50,980 nucleotides of DNA from Catajapyx aquilonaris (taxonomy: Eukaryota): the NCBI GenBank assembly GCA_000934665.2, contig JYFJ02000721.1:62001-112980 (forward strand), read 5' to 3'. Positions 25,401-36,424 of the stretch are shown piece after piece; positions within the stretch are counted from its first letter, which is position 1, and each line of letters begins with the position of its first letter. The notes under the pieces were generated by a model. The model was given only the letters and a program-made list of their open reading frames with translations. It ran no database searches and was not told the DNA's origin. Both the position numbers and the translations under genes were made by a program.

Positions 25401-27316
25401 TTTATTTCGTTACTAAAGAGGCAGGCTGCATGATTGTCTTACTCGGTTGTCCATATATAATGCCTATTTGCGCCTGTAGAAATAATTTAAAATGTTAATT
25501 ATTTTGATCATATTGGACCCTATGTAAACATAAAACCCACGCAATTCACAATTAAAAATTAATAACTTTTTGAAAATGTTTAAAATGTGGATTGCCTCAG
25601 CTGACCTCGTAAATTTTTAATTTTCAATATTTACACTTTGTTAGTGCATGATTCATGAACATGTTTTCCGCTTCAGGTGTAACTGTTGCGTATATAATAA
25701 TTTATTGATAAATAATATTTTGTGAATACTTGCTGCTTCTACTGCAAACAGTTTTCAACTGCACTATTGATAATATTATTTTGTTTCTAATTTATAATAA
25801 TTTCGTGGGCGTGAAATAAATAGTTCTACCTAGGTCTGACCTATAGGTATTTAATTCCTCATTACTTTGGTTGCAGGTGTTTATAATTGTGTCAGAGTTT
25901 GTAAAGTTACTAAGCTCACCTGAGCCTGTTTTCACCTGACAGAAGTGACGTTTAAAAGTTGTCACAACTAAATTTGACTAATTTATCTAATGAGAATCTT
26001 GCTGCGTCATTTATATGCAACAAGCCATTTCTAAATTTTGCAAACGAAACCTTGAATATATATGATTCAATTCGGTCTACTATAAGCAGCTAATAATTTT
26101 GATAAGCTTAAACCATGAAAATAATTACTCCAAGTAACTGTTTAAAGATAATAATCAGCTTCCCACATTTCATACAACTTAGTATAGCCTACTTAACATG
26201 AATAATTTTGCACTTGTTGGTTCAGGATTATTGTTTCTCATTAAACTGGTTGCTGTGATTATTAAAAATCCAGCGCACGTTCCCTTAGATTATTAGTCAT
26301 GATACTAAAACAATGGACTACGGTACGTTATACAGTTCATACACAACATATTGATTGAAATTGAGGCTGCAGTGAAATTCTCTCTCCTCTGCATAAAAAA
26401 CGTAGGTGTTAACCTATAAGCAGAGGAAATATTCCCTTTCTGCCCTTTCATTCACATGTTAGGTGGAGAAATTTCAATTTCAATATTTATCACTTGGTTT
26501 ACGCTTATGTTAGCTATACTGAAGTGTGCATTTTAAAATTATATTTGACAGGTAGTGTCCATTCAACGTATGCCTTTTAAATGTATTATGCAGCTGAACA
26601 TTAAAGTATGCCTATATTGAAACACGTCTTGGACACATTCTATCATCAATTATCTTCCTGGTGATTGATAGAGTGATATACTCCGTGAATTATGAAGATT
26701 AGTAAGAGTCTGGCTCCTTTTTTTTTGCGTCGGATGTGGCCTGCCCCATCTGGCGTGACAATCGCGAAGATCAATTTTGCACAAAGCTTTGCATGACATC
26801 TACCGTTGGAATATCATGCCATGGATGTAAACCAGGCGCTTAATTTAAACACGGGCTTCAGAGTGCACTACTTTCCTATCGAAATATTAGATGTCTCTGC
26901 CCGTATATTGACAGCCTCAGCTGTAAACTTAAAACATGCCTGAAATAACATGATCTATATAATATGATTATCTCATAAATTTTGCGTATTTTTATTTGGC
27001 TGTTACATGACTGGACCTAATTATTTTGTAACTCCCACGTTACATAGTTACTGATTAGAGAGCAAAACTATCGCTTCCTTCCAGATTCGCGCATTTTTTG
27101 CAGCAGGTCTTCTCTATCCTCCATGTCTCTAGTTAGAGAGAAACCAGATTCCGTGTCTTCGTCCACTGAAAGCAAAAATCGAATGGTTACCAATACCTTG
27201 AACCACACATCGGCATGCCCCACGTCCGTGTTTTTTTTAAAGACAGAATATAGTGAAGTAGAAGGAAGAACGTAACATACTGTACATAACTTGAACTCAG
27301 AAAGGAGGGTAGCTTG

Positions 27317-27322
27317 TTTATT
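27317..27322 (-). terminator. Candidate polyadenylation signal AATAAA of the neuropeptide-precursor gene
   Basis: tttatt on the + strand, about 40 nt past the TGA stop. Confidence 0.45.
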
Positions 27323-27361
27323 ATTTTGGTGAAATTACAGGTGTGTGAAGGTCCTCTGTGT

Positions 27362-27453
27362 TCACTTTCCGTTCTGTCTCATTTTTTCCAACGCATCTTC
27401 CCTACTCTCTTTCTGCTTATTCATGCTAGGCCCGTTCTCCGTGCTATCTCCAA
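27362..27453 (-). CDS. Neuropeptide/peptide-hormone precursor, last coding exon: (V)GDSTENGPSMNKQKESREDALEKMRQNGK*
   Basis: Acceptor ttgatttccag| at 27456-27454, phase 1. Ends in G-K-TGA, the canonical amidation signal. Confidence 0.85.
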
Positions 27454-27586
27454 CTGGAAATCAATGTTTGAAGAAGAAAAAATAATTAAAAATCATAAAT
27501 GTATAACGATGTGAGCAAAAAACACCCAGTCACAAAGGTTCACATTGTCAACTCTTGAATTCTGATTTATTAAAACAATAACTTAC

Positions 27587-27628
27587 CCATTCCTCCCTTC
27601 ACTGGGGCTTCTGCTTCAGGAGGGTCGC
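27587..27628 (-). CDS. Neuropeptide precursor, 42-nt coding exon: (S)DPPEAEAPVKGGM
   Basis: Acceptor atttcgcag| (27631-27629) and donor G|GTAAGT (27586). Phase 1-1, GC-rich relative to flanks, and keeps the frame. Confidence 0.8.
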
Positions 27629-30079
27629 CTGCGAAATATGTATTTAACTAAATAATCACTAAACTAAAAATTAATCCGAAATTAAAATTCGAACCAAAGG
27701 ACTATAGGGTGTGGATTAATTAGTTTGCCTGCTGTAAAACTGAAAATCATAATAAAACTTTGAGCGTGTGAACCAACTTGATACATTTCCAACCACGTTT
27801 TAATTTCATTTTGTTTACAAGAGTAATGGAATTTACTGGTTATGGTTGCAAAGTAAGGAATTCAAATGAAAACCCAATAAGCATTTGTTGTTCAATTATT
27901 CCTATGTTATTCACTGAAGATGCTGATTGTTGGAAATATATTCAACGAGTTAAATGGAAGTTTTGGTGGTACTTTGAATATGCTTGCTCGTAAAGAAAAT
28001 AAGTCACGTTTTACTGATAATTTATTGTACTGACAATACTTTTTTTTCTCTTTTTCACAAAAGGGAATGATGAACATGGATGGAGCTTAAAAGAATGAGA
28101 CGAAACATATTTTTGGCTTTTTGATGCGTGTATATAAATATTACTTTCCGTATTGCCTCATTCTCTCCAAAAGCAGCTCCCTCTCTACCTTATCCTGAGA
28201 CAGACTTCGTCCCGACTCCGTTTTGCTATCAACTGAAAAGGAAACAACACTTTTTAACACTACTTTTTTTAAAAATATTTTCAAACCCATATTCAAAGTA
28301 CCTATTTTGTGTAATGTTGGGGAAATATATATTTTTTTAAAAAAATGACAAGCGAGTTAGGAAGATAGCAGATAGCAGAAAGAGTAAAGAAGAAAGTGTG
28401 CTATCATATTTATTACACCGGTTCAGTGAAATAATTAAGAGTATACAGTACATTGTTAAAAATAGGAAATGTAAGTCGGAAGATAATATTGAGCACGGTT
28501 AACTACTGCACGATTGACATTATTTTTTGGAGGGAATTTACCGAATCGGTCCTAATTTTTGAGAACTATCACATCAAGTTGCGGTGCAGAAAGTTGTGTA
28601 CACGCATTGTGTTTAACGTACGTGACAAAGCATCAAAACATTTTTTTTTTGTTCGCGGTTATTGCCAGGCGGTACATCGCTTTTTTTAAAACTCTCTCTA
28701 TTTTTATGAACGAGCTAATTTTTTTGCTGAAGGTATAGAATTACTTCCTCTTTCCATTCCTTTCCATGAGTTTCATTAGTTCCCTCTGTTTTCTGTCGTC
28801 ATTGATACGCTCAGCGAGGCCCAAACCCACTGGAAGGGAAAAGATAAGCGATCAAGTTTCTCTAAATGTGGAATCACTATATGGTTTTATTAAAAATCCT
28901 AGGAAATCCCAAAATAGCAGCCTTTGTGAAAGATGAGAAATCGTTAACCTCAACTTCCTGCAAGTATGGTGCAATGGCCAAACCTTCAGTTCAAGGTCTG
29001 GAGATAAATGATTTAAATAGAAGAAATCTTGACGTGTCTGTTGCTAGTACTTAAACACGATTTCTGTAATAAACAATCCACTACTTCTCCCTGGGTGGTC
29101 AATGCACCATAATTGTATTTTTAGCACTTGTGTTTTTCATGAATGCAATCGAAATCAGTCACATGTCATGATGCTGGACAGAAGTCTATTTTGTAATAAG
29201 TTTTTACTATACTGGTTTACACATGATTTTGTTGAGTATACAGTATGTTGCTGATATGTTTGAGGAAAGACATTCAACTCCAGAAATCATTGATACGTAG
29301 CTTTTACTATAATATCTGTAGGCGTTAATTGAAGTCAGGAAAAATGTGGCCTTTAACTACTTGCACATCGGGGTCAAAACTTTGCAAGATTTAACAGAAA
29401 TATTTTTTTTAAAGTCTGAGGGGAAATTCTAGGATCATTTGGCGTGTGCAAAAGTAAAAGGAAAAAAATCAAAGCACATACTTTGATAGATCAGAAGTTT
29501 GAAAAGTTAGTTCCGTTATGAAAATTTCAACTTCTAATTGAACTTTCAAGGATGTGTAAATCAGCCATTTGAGGCACGAGAAAAATTATGCGGAAAGACA
29601 TCCATCTCGGGGGGTCCTGCCTCTGATGATGTTACAAAAATTTTGAGTCCTGCATTAATGCATTTCACATTAAACTCGTATCAGCAAAATATCGATATGC
29701 TTGCAATAAAATTGGGGGGCGGAAGTAACAATGCATAACAATGTCTTCCATCACACTCATTCTGTTGAGTTGCAGGTCCTGTATAGGTTGAAGCTTACTC
29801 TTACGTTAAAATGCTTAAAACAATGTAAAATGCTTTTTATCATTTGCATTTTTTGCTGACGTATTGCGATGCATAATTTTGCCATATTCTTACATTCCAT
29901 TGCTTTTATAGGCTGCTTGTATTAATTTACATTACTATCTACAGCGTGGGTTTCTAACTTTTACGTTGCGACAACAAATGACACACCATGTAAAACAACA
30001 TCGAAGCTGATAGGACGTGAGACATAATCCGAATTTTAATTATGGAAAGAAAGCAACAATGTGGACGTGTCGGGTCTGA

Positions 30080-30099
30080 GGGGTAGGGGAGGGGGAGGG
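30080..30099 (+). other. G-quadruplex-type motif GGGGtaGGGGaGGGGGaGGG in intron 3 of the neuropeptide gene
   Basis: Four G-runs of 3 or more with 1-2 nt loops. Confidence 0.5.
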
Positions 30100-30383
30100 C
30101 TTAATTGTTGGAAACATTGTTGGATAATGACTCTTCCAATCATGGCTCTGCTTTGGAACTCTACTGATCGGATAATTTAATGCCTGCTTTGGCCAATAAG
30201 ATTGATTGGGGTGACTTTATGGCATACCGAGCGTCACAGATTTGCAACAAAAAAAATTGGCCGTTTAATTTCAAAACGAGATTATCTTCGCACGCATCCA
30301 GGTCAATTTTAATTCTCGATTTATATGTGGCTGGCTTCAAAAGCTGATAAATATATAGGTCAGTACGGTAAAAACTTAACTAC

Positions 30384-30771
30384 CTCTCTAAATATTTACG
30401 AGTAAAAATTTCACTAAAATATGACCATTTTTGCAAAATGCTTTTTTTTGAGTGAATTTCCCTCTGCAAAAGATTTACTCTAACTCAAATCGAGTGGAAT
30501 ATTACTCGAAAGAAGAGTGAAAATAAGTGAGAGTCTTTCAGTGAGTGAAGTGATTATTTATTCTAATTGAAATGATTACTCATTCTAAGTGAAAATCACT
30601 CATTCTAAGTGAAAATCCCTCATTCTAAGTGAAAATCACTCGTTCTAAGTGAAAATCACTCAAGAGATCTAGTGATTTTCACTCAAAACGAATGGGATTC
30701 AAATCAATTGGCAGAAATTGAGCTAAAATCACTCGAAACGAGTGGAAAAATACTCGAAAATTTTTAGAGTG
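30384..30771 (-). mobile_element. Non-autonomous DNA transposon (MITE), CACTA/EnSpm-like, copy B, in intron 3 of the neuropeptide gene
   Basis: Terminal inverted repeats CTCTCTAAATATTTACGAGTA and (reverse complement of right end) CACTCTAAAAATTTTCGAGTA match at 18/21. Homologous to 20681-20973 in the opposite orientation. Confidence 0.8.
30581..30660 (+). repeat. Four tandem copies of the 20-bp unit cattctaagtgaaaatcact inside MITE copy B
   Basis: Units at 30581, 30601, 30621 and 30641, each with at most 1 mismatch and no spacers. Confidence 0.95.
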
Positions 30772-31193
30772 ATACTTTTGCATAAAGAGCGACTAATTTT
30801 CAACCCTCAGTTTGGTTAGGCAAAAAAAATGCCAATGTGACTTGACAGATTATGCAAGAGAGGAACAGATTTACAGCAAGCATTTCAAGAATCGGATAAA
30901 TCGCTCACTTCTGGGTTACACGTCGTAATTTTGCCAATTTCATGGTTAAAATTTGAGGCTGTCATTGTTATTATTAATTGTTTTGTGCACCACTGTGTAT
31001 TTCACAGTTTCAGCAAGTAGATGGCAGGAGTGACGCTTTGCCCACTCCCGCCATCTGTGGTTTAGTGAACGAACTAGTGACCTGTCCGCAGAAATGAGCA
31101 ACTTTTTCCGCCACAGAATAAAGGAGTTTGGTTAGTAAGCATTGAAGCTACTGGACGCTTCTTCCTCTCACAGGAGAACCCCTCAATACTTAC

Positions 31194-31379
31194 TATATCT
31201 CTTCTGGAACGCGGTTCCAATGGGCGCCATGAAGGGACGCCATCTTGGCTCCAGCTCCAGCTCTCTGTCGGCCATCATTTCGGCTGGAATTGAGCGTCCA
31301 GAATACGCATTGGCCTGTTGCTCCAGGTGATTCCAATACGAAGGGCTCATTCGGATATCGTCTTCCTGACCGAAGGCTG
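31194..31379 (-). CDS. Neuropeptide precursor, coding exon 2: (A)AFGQEDDIRMSPSYWNHLEQQANAYSGRSIPAEMMADRELELEPRWRPFMAPIGTAFQKRY
   Basis: Acceptor ttgcctcgtttcag| (31382-31380) and donor A|GTAAGT (31193). 186 nt, phase 1-1, GC-rich; contains the end of the signal peptide and the KR dibasic site. Confidence 0.88.
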
Positions 31380-31712
31380 CTGAAACGAGGCAAATGTTGA
31401 TCACACAGAATTTTGCGAGCGCGGTTTGGCATTTTAGTTATCCGGATGTGCGAATGACACTTTGGTGACGGGTTTGGGGTAACAGTCTATCGAGTAATTG
31501 TCGCTTGCATTGTGCGGATAATTAATGCTCCATATTTCCGTTATGCTAAGCGGACAGGTGTGGCACAATTTGTTGTGGCCAGTGGCATAACAGTCATCAA
31601 TATTAAACTGACCACTAATGTGGAATATGCAACAGTTAACAGTCAATCTCAAAAAAAATACATCGCACTAATGTGGACATTTTTCTCTTGAAAATTATTG
31701 TAGCTAACTCAC

Positions 31713-31785
31713 CGACAACTGAAAAAATACCCAGGGCGATCAGCAGGATTTTGGTGACTTGTGACGATTTCCACTCGAACTCCAT
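31713..31785 (-). CDS. Neuropeptide precursor, first coding exon (signal peptide) MEFEWKSSQVTKILLIALGIFSVV
   Basis: Exon 31799-31713 with acceptor ttttcccacag| and donor G|GTGAGT. ATG at 31785 (gagATGG). Lysine followed by a hydrophobic core ILLIALGIFSVV, continuing into A-A-F-G in the next exon. Confidence 0.88.
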
Positions 31786-33472
31786 CTCTGATGTGATGCC
31801 TGTGGGAAAAATTAATTTAAAAAAAATTTGGTCAGTGATATGAAGAGCGACCGTGGGGAACCCCAATTACAACGGCTGAAATACCGTATGTTATATGCAA
31901 ATATAGGGTTTTATTTGTGGGAGGCAGCGTTTGAAAACTTTTCTAGCCTTAAGCGAACCCTCGGGATTTGTGCAGTTTTTTTTGCGGATGTGCGATGGAA
32001 ATATAACGCTACAATTAACACTTCTGACGGCACTAAATGATGAACATACAGTATGCTGTAAACATTATTTTGGGGGGGGATAAGCGTCATCAAATATTTT
32101 GACGATTATTTTGAATTTTACAGTACTTTCGGAATAATTGTTTGCTATAGCGTCAATGCTTACAATCGTTAACGTCATAAAGGGCCACTTTACTAAATGC
32201 AGTTTGTGAAAAAAAAAAAAAATTTGATATGTATTTCCTCCATTATCGGCAGGTTTTGTGTCAAAGAATCCTTTGAAGTTTGTGTTAATGAAGGGTTTAG
32301 CTCTCCAATTATCCATGCAGACTAATTTTATAGCTATGTGTTTGATGGTCGCGTGTTTTTTTTGCACAATAGGCGTCAGTCACAATACCTGCGCAAATAT
32401 TGGCGATGCATTGCTTTCAGCTGTCGTCATGAATAAATTCATTTCATTAGATTCTGTGACGCTAAAATCTCGTTACGATTTTTTCGTACTTCATTAAACG
32501 TGAAATGCTACGCCGCGTCGAGATTACTTGGAATATTTTTTCTGCTAGACACGTCTAACCAGATATATCCGCGGCCGTCTAGAGTGTATAGTGATTATCT
32601 AAGAGGTCGTGTGTACATTGAAAGTGTCTCTTATTGGGATCGGGTAAACACCATGCTGCTAAGGTCAGTTGTTGACGCATTCCTCTTTTGCGTAAATAAA
32701 AATACTTGAAATCTTGCCAACCTCTGATAACTTATAATATTTCGGAGAATTTGTAGCAAACATTTTTATTACTGCTTGTGCGTAATTAAACATATAAAAA
32801 GACGTTTACTTATGGGCTTGATTGACGTCGAAAATATTGTGACATTTTCCAGTACCCTTCCAGTCCTACTAGTTAAACGCAAGATGGACATGCCATTACA
32901 AATGAACAATGTCATAATAATGGCATAAGTACATAATTATGTAGGAACCATTATAACAGTTGAAGGCAATGCAAAAGCAGCATGCAACAATAATTTTAGA
33001 TGTTCACACAGCATTTCATAATAATATTCTGGCAATGTAATCCATAGATTTTAAAATATCTACACTACATAATGTGCATCATTTGGCACAAGGCCACATA
33101 CCATTGATAGTCTCATAGTTCAAGAAGCCACAATACGTCTTAATATTATGAGTTGCATCCCTCTCATTATTTCAATCAAAATAAAAAATTCCTCCAGCAT
33201 ACTTGAAAAAGCTTCACTTCACATAGCTCATTCACTTCATAAGAAAAAAATTTCAACTTCTTCACGTGACTCTAGTGGACAATGCCAGTAATTTATTTAT
33301 GTAACAAGTAGCCTACTGTAAAACATGCTGTAAACCATACGTATTTGCATGCACCGCCTAAACTTCAAGTTTTATTTTAAAAAATAATATTGACTCAAAG
33401 CATTATTGAAGTGGAAGAATGGTTCGACGGAGAGAAGACCTTTTGCATAAGATCCAATTAAAAGTGACATAC

Positions 33473-33560
33473 CTGTGATCTGATGAGAATACCTCGCACA
33501 CAATACTGCTGATAGGGAAGCAGGACACGAAATGTTCTCGCTCCGGGGTCTACTCTCATT
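33473..33560 (-). other. Putative non-coding first exon of the neuropeptide-precursor gene
   Basis: Begins about 30 nt below TATATAT and ends at donor CAG|GTATGT (33472). The TSS position is approximate. Confidence 0.55.
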
Positions 33561-33581
33561 TTTATCTTTTTCGCGGGCTAA

Positions 33582-33797
33582 AATATATAGTCCTGTTGCT
33601 CTAGCCCACCCACCCACTCTTTCGCATGCAAAATGTTAACACCCCTCCTCCTCCTCCACCCCTCCTCCCTTCCCCTCCCCCGCACGAGGGTGGCTCTTTT
33701 TTTTTTTTTTCATCCTCCCACTTTGCTTATTGGACGTTTTAGCGTTGAGATCTGCCTTACCATTGGCAGAGCTTGATTTTCCCTCCCTGATGACGCA
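33582..33797 (-). promoter_or_regulatory. Promoter of the neuropeptide gene: TATA-like box, G-rich tract (G4/Sp-KLF-like) and CRE/AP-1-like TGCGTCA
   Basis: TATATATT at 33589-33582, GGGGGaGGGGaaGGGaggaGGGG at 33681-33659, and TGACGCA at 33791-33797. Confidence 0.5.
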
Positions 33798-34057
33798 AGC
33801 GGATTGGGAGCGTTTTATTGCTCAACACTGAAATTTCTGCGTTGGACATATTCGTCAAAATTTTCGGACTCATAATTTTTATTTCTCTTTCTGTCGAAAA
33901 CTATACTTGGATTAAAAGCGAAATTTCTGCAGGATGTCATAATTGCAAAACTTTGCCCAAACTTTGCCAAACTTAGCTTCACAGGTTTCGCACACTTGTG
34001 AAGTGTGCAACAGGTGTTCGCTTTGAGAAAGACCACCGCCTTATATTTGCACGTTGG

Positions 34058-34138
<81 letters not shown>
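34058..34138 (+). repeat. (ATT)27 microsatellite
   Basis: 81-nt perfect trinucleotide run; explains the poly-I and poly-L ORFs in the track. Confidence 0.98.
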
Positions 34139-34140
<2 letters not shown>

Positions 34141-36374
34141 AGGGTTACGACTTTTGCATCCTTTACCCGAAATGCTTGGGACCGGAACCGGAACACGATA
34201 TTCATGTACAATACTGCGTATTTCTTATGGTGAGTTATACGTACATTAGCCATGGAGGTATTCGTTTAATAATTTTAATAATTTTTCATGCATACAGATA
34301 CAGATAATTATACTAGTTATATGGTCTACTCACATGGAATTTTGTGTTTTTTTTTTTGGCGCTTCATGTCAGCACTAAAATGCTTTCGGATTTTAGAATT
34401 TCGGATAAATGATTCTCAAACTGTATTATTATTTCCATTTCGCTGGATTGTTCAGAGTAATCGTCGGTAATCGTTGAATAATTTGCACTGCGTGGATTGC
34501 GTATGTCAGTAGGCCTATATATACGAGGTATATGACGAGTATATGGAGTGAAATTTGCAAAGTGTATGAGCTGCATAATTTATTATACTAGTTACGTCAA
34601 GTCTGACCTTGTGTAATTTAGAAATGTGTTTTAAGTGATATTTGAACATGTGAATTATTAAATTTCAGACCTGTCTTTATTTGCTCTTGTGCTGGGCTTA
34701 TAGGCTGCTGAATTTTATTAGAGTTGTTAGGTGTATAGTGCAGCGGTTTAGATAGTTTTACTCAGTGGGTCAACCATTTCTAAATTCACATTATTATTAC
34801 AGTATTACTAATAAATCACTTGCACATTAATAGTTCCCGTAAAAAAGGGCAGCTTCTTTTTGAAACTCTGAGTTGAAGTATCGTGTCCATCAATGTTAGT
34901 TTCAAGGAGAAATAATTGCAAATCATATAGAGGTCATTAATATCATGCGTATATTGTCAAGCGCACTGTAAAAATGATGTCACCACCTTTCCCCGATCAG
35001 CTCAAAAAGTTGATTAAGTGTGACGTTACTCAATCTTCCAGAGAGATGAAGCTGTAGTATAGATTAATCGTTCACACTTCGTTGCGTGTCATTTTATCTG
35101 CTGAGTTTAGCTGTCAATTTATTGCTTCACGCATATTCCATTGGCCTTGGATTTAACCAGTTCAACAAACGAATCATCTAAACACGTGATGTGATGCCAC
35201 CTACAATAACCTTAATATCTCAATGGATACGAATTTTCGACTTTGTACACTTCCTAGTAAAATCTGTATACTATCTGTATGCTGTCCTAGATAAATTGTA
35301 AATTAACAATATGATAAGGCGTCATTTTTAAGAAAACATGTAATACGTAATAAGGCAAATATTTTCTCAGAAAATAATTCTTATTCCGTGTTGCTAATAT
35401 TTGTTATTATTTTATGGACATACGAAATGACTCATTGACTGAATTTTAAAAAAGGAGAAGAGTCGACGTAAAATCTATATGATTTACACCGCCGTGACCT
35501 AATTTTTAATCGGCTTATGGTTACATTAAGCCCCCATTTAATACGAATTAACTATTCCATTTGCCCATTTTAAATGACTTGTCCTCCGCACACGTGCATT
35601 AAATCTGTCTGCTGTGACTAATGAAATTTTCATCCTCGTCTATAGGAGTTGATATTACGCATTCTATATACCGTTATAACGACGAACCAGCGTTTGTGGT
35701 GGACGTCAAGCGTCATAAAGTTGAAAAGAAGATGAAAAGTCAGCCAACCGTCACGTTACGGAGTGATCAGGCGTACTCATTTGCATGGCTAAGAAGTACC
35801 TAAGTGATTGAGAAGAATGCGAGGAAGGAAATAACTTTCTGCTACTTTCAGGCCGGCCTGGAATTTAGAGTGCGTGGGCTGTTGTTTGAAAAATGAATTT
35901 ACATGTATCATAGGAAAAGGATTTGCTTAACGAAGAATGCGAAGGATAACGAGTTTCTTTTTGTTGTTAAAAATGGCGACAAAATGCCACTGAACTTTTT
36001 ACTATAACATTACCATGTAGTCTTGTACGTGCTTCACTCACAAAGATATTGGCTCATAATAATTGTATCGATGTGTCACCTTGGTCGAGTTTATCAGCTA
36101 TCAAGCATGATGTATCACCATATTTTCGATTGCCTTCTTTTCAAGACAAACAGAATATTAACATCAAAGTTCATTTAATATAAGCTTTTTTTTCTGTTAT
36201 CTCGTGCTGTGATTTTGTGTATGGCCCATCTAATGGGAAATGGGAGCCCCCAGTTCTTATTATGTGTACCAGAGGATCGAGTGTTCATTTTGTCGAAGCC
36301 TGCTCGTAATAATCTTTGTTTGCCAATGAGGTTCGGCGCAAATAGGGTTGTTATGGCATGGATAGACCAGCAAG

Positions 36375-36424
36375 TGCGCATGCGTGGCGTGGGTTAAGCG
36401 GCGTGGGTAAGTGTCGCCATTTTG
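36375..36424. promoter_or_regulatory. Cluster of promoter-type motifs (NRF1-like, 2x EGR/KLF-like, YY1-like)
   Basis: TGCGCATGCG at 36375-36384, GGCGTGGGT at 36386 and 36400, and CGCCATTTTG at 36415-36424. Confidence 0.4.

Noticed and set aside
30581..30660. 20-bp repeats as a CRISPR array
   Set aside because: The units abut with no spacers, lie inside a MITE in eukaryotic DNA, and there are no cas genes.
33998..34307. Poly-Ile and poly-Leu ORFs
   Set aside because: Artefact of the (ATT)27 microsatellite.
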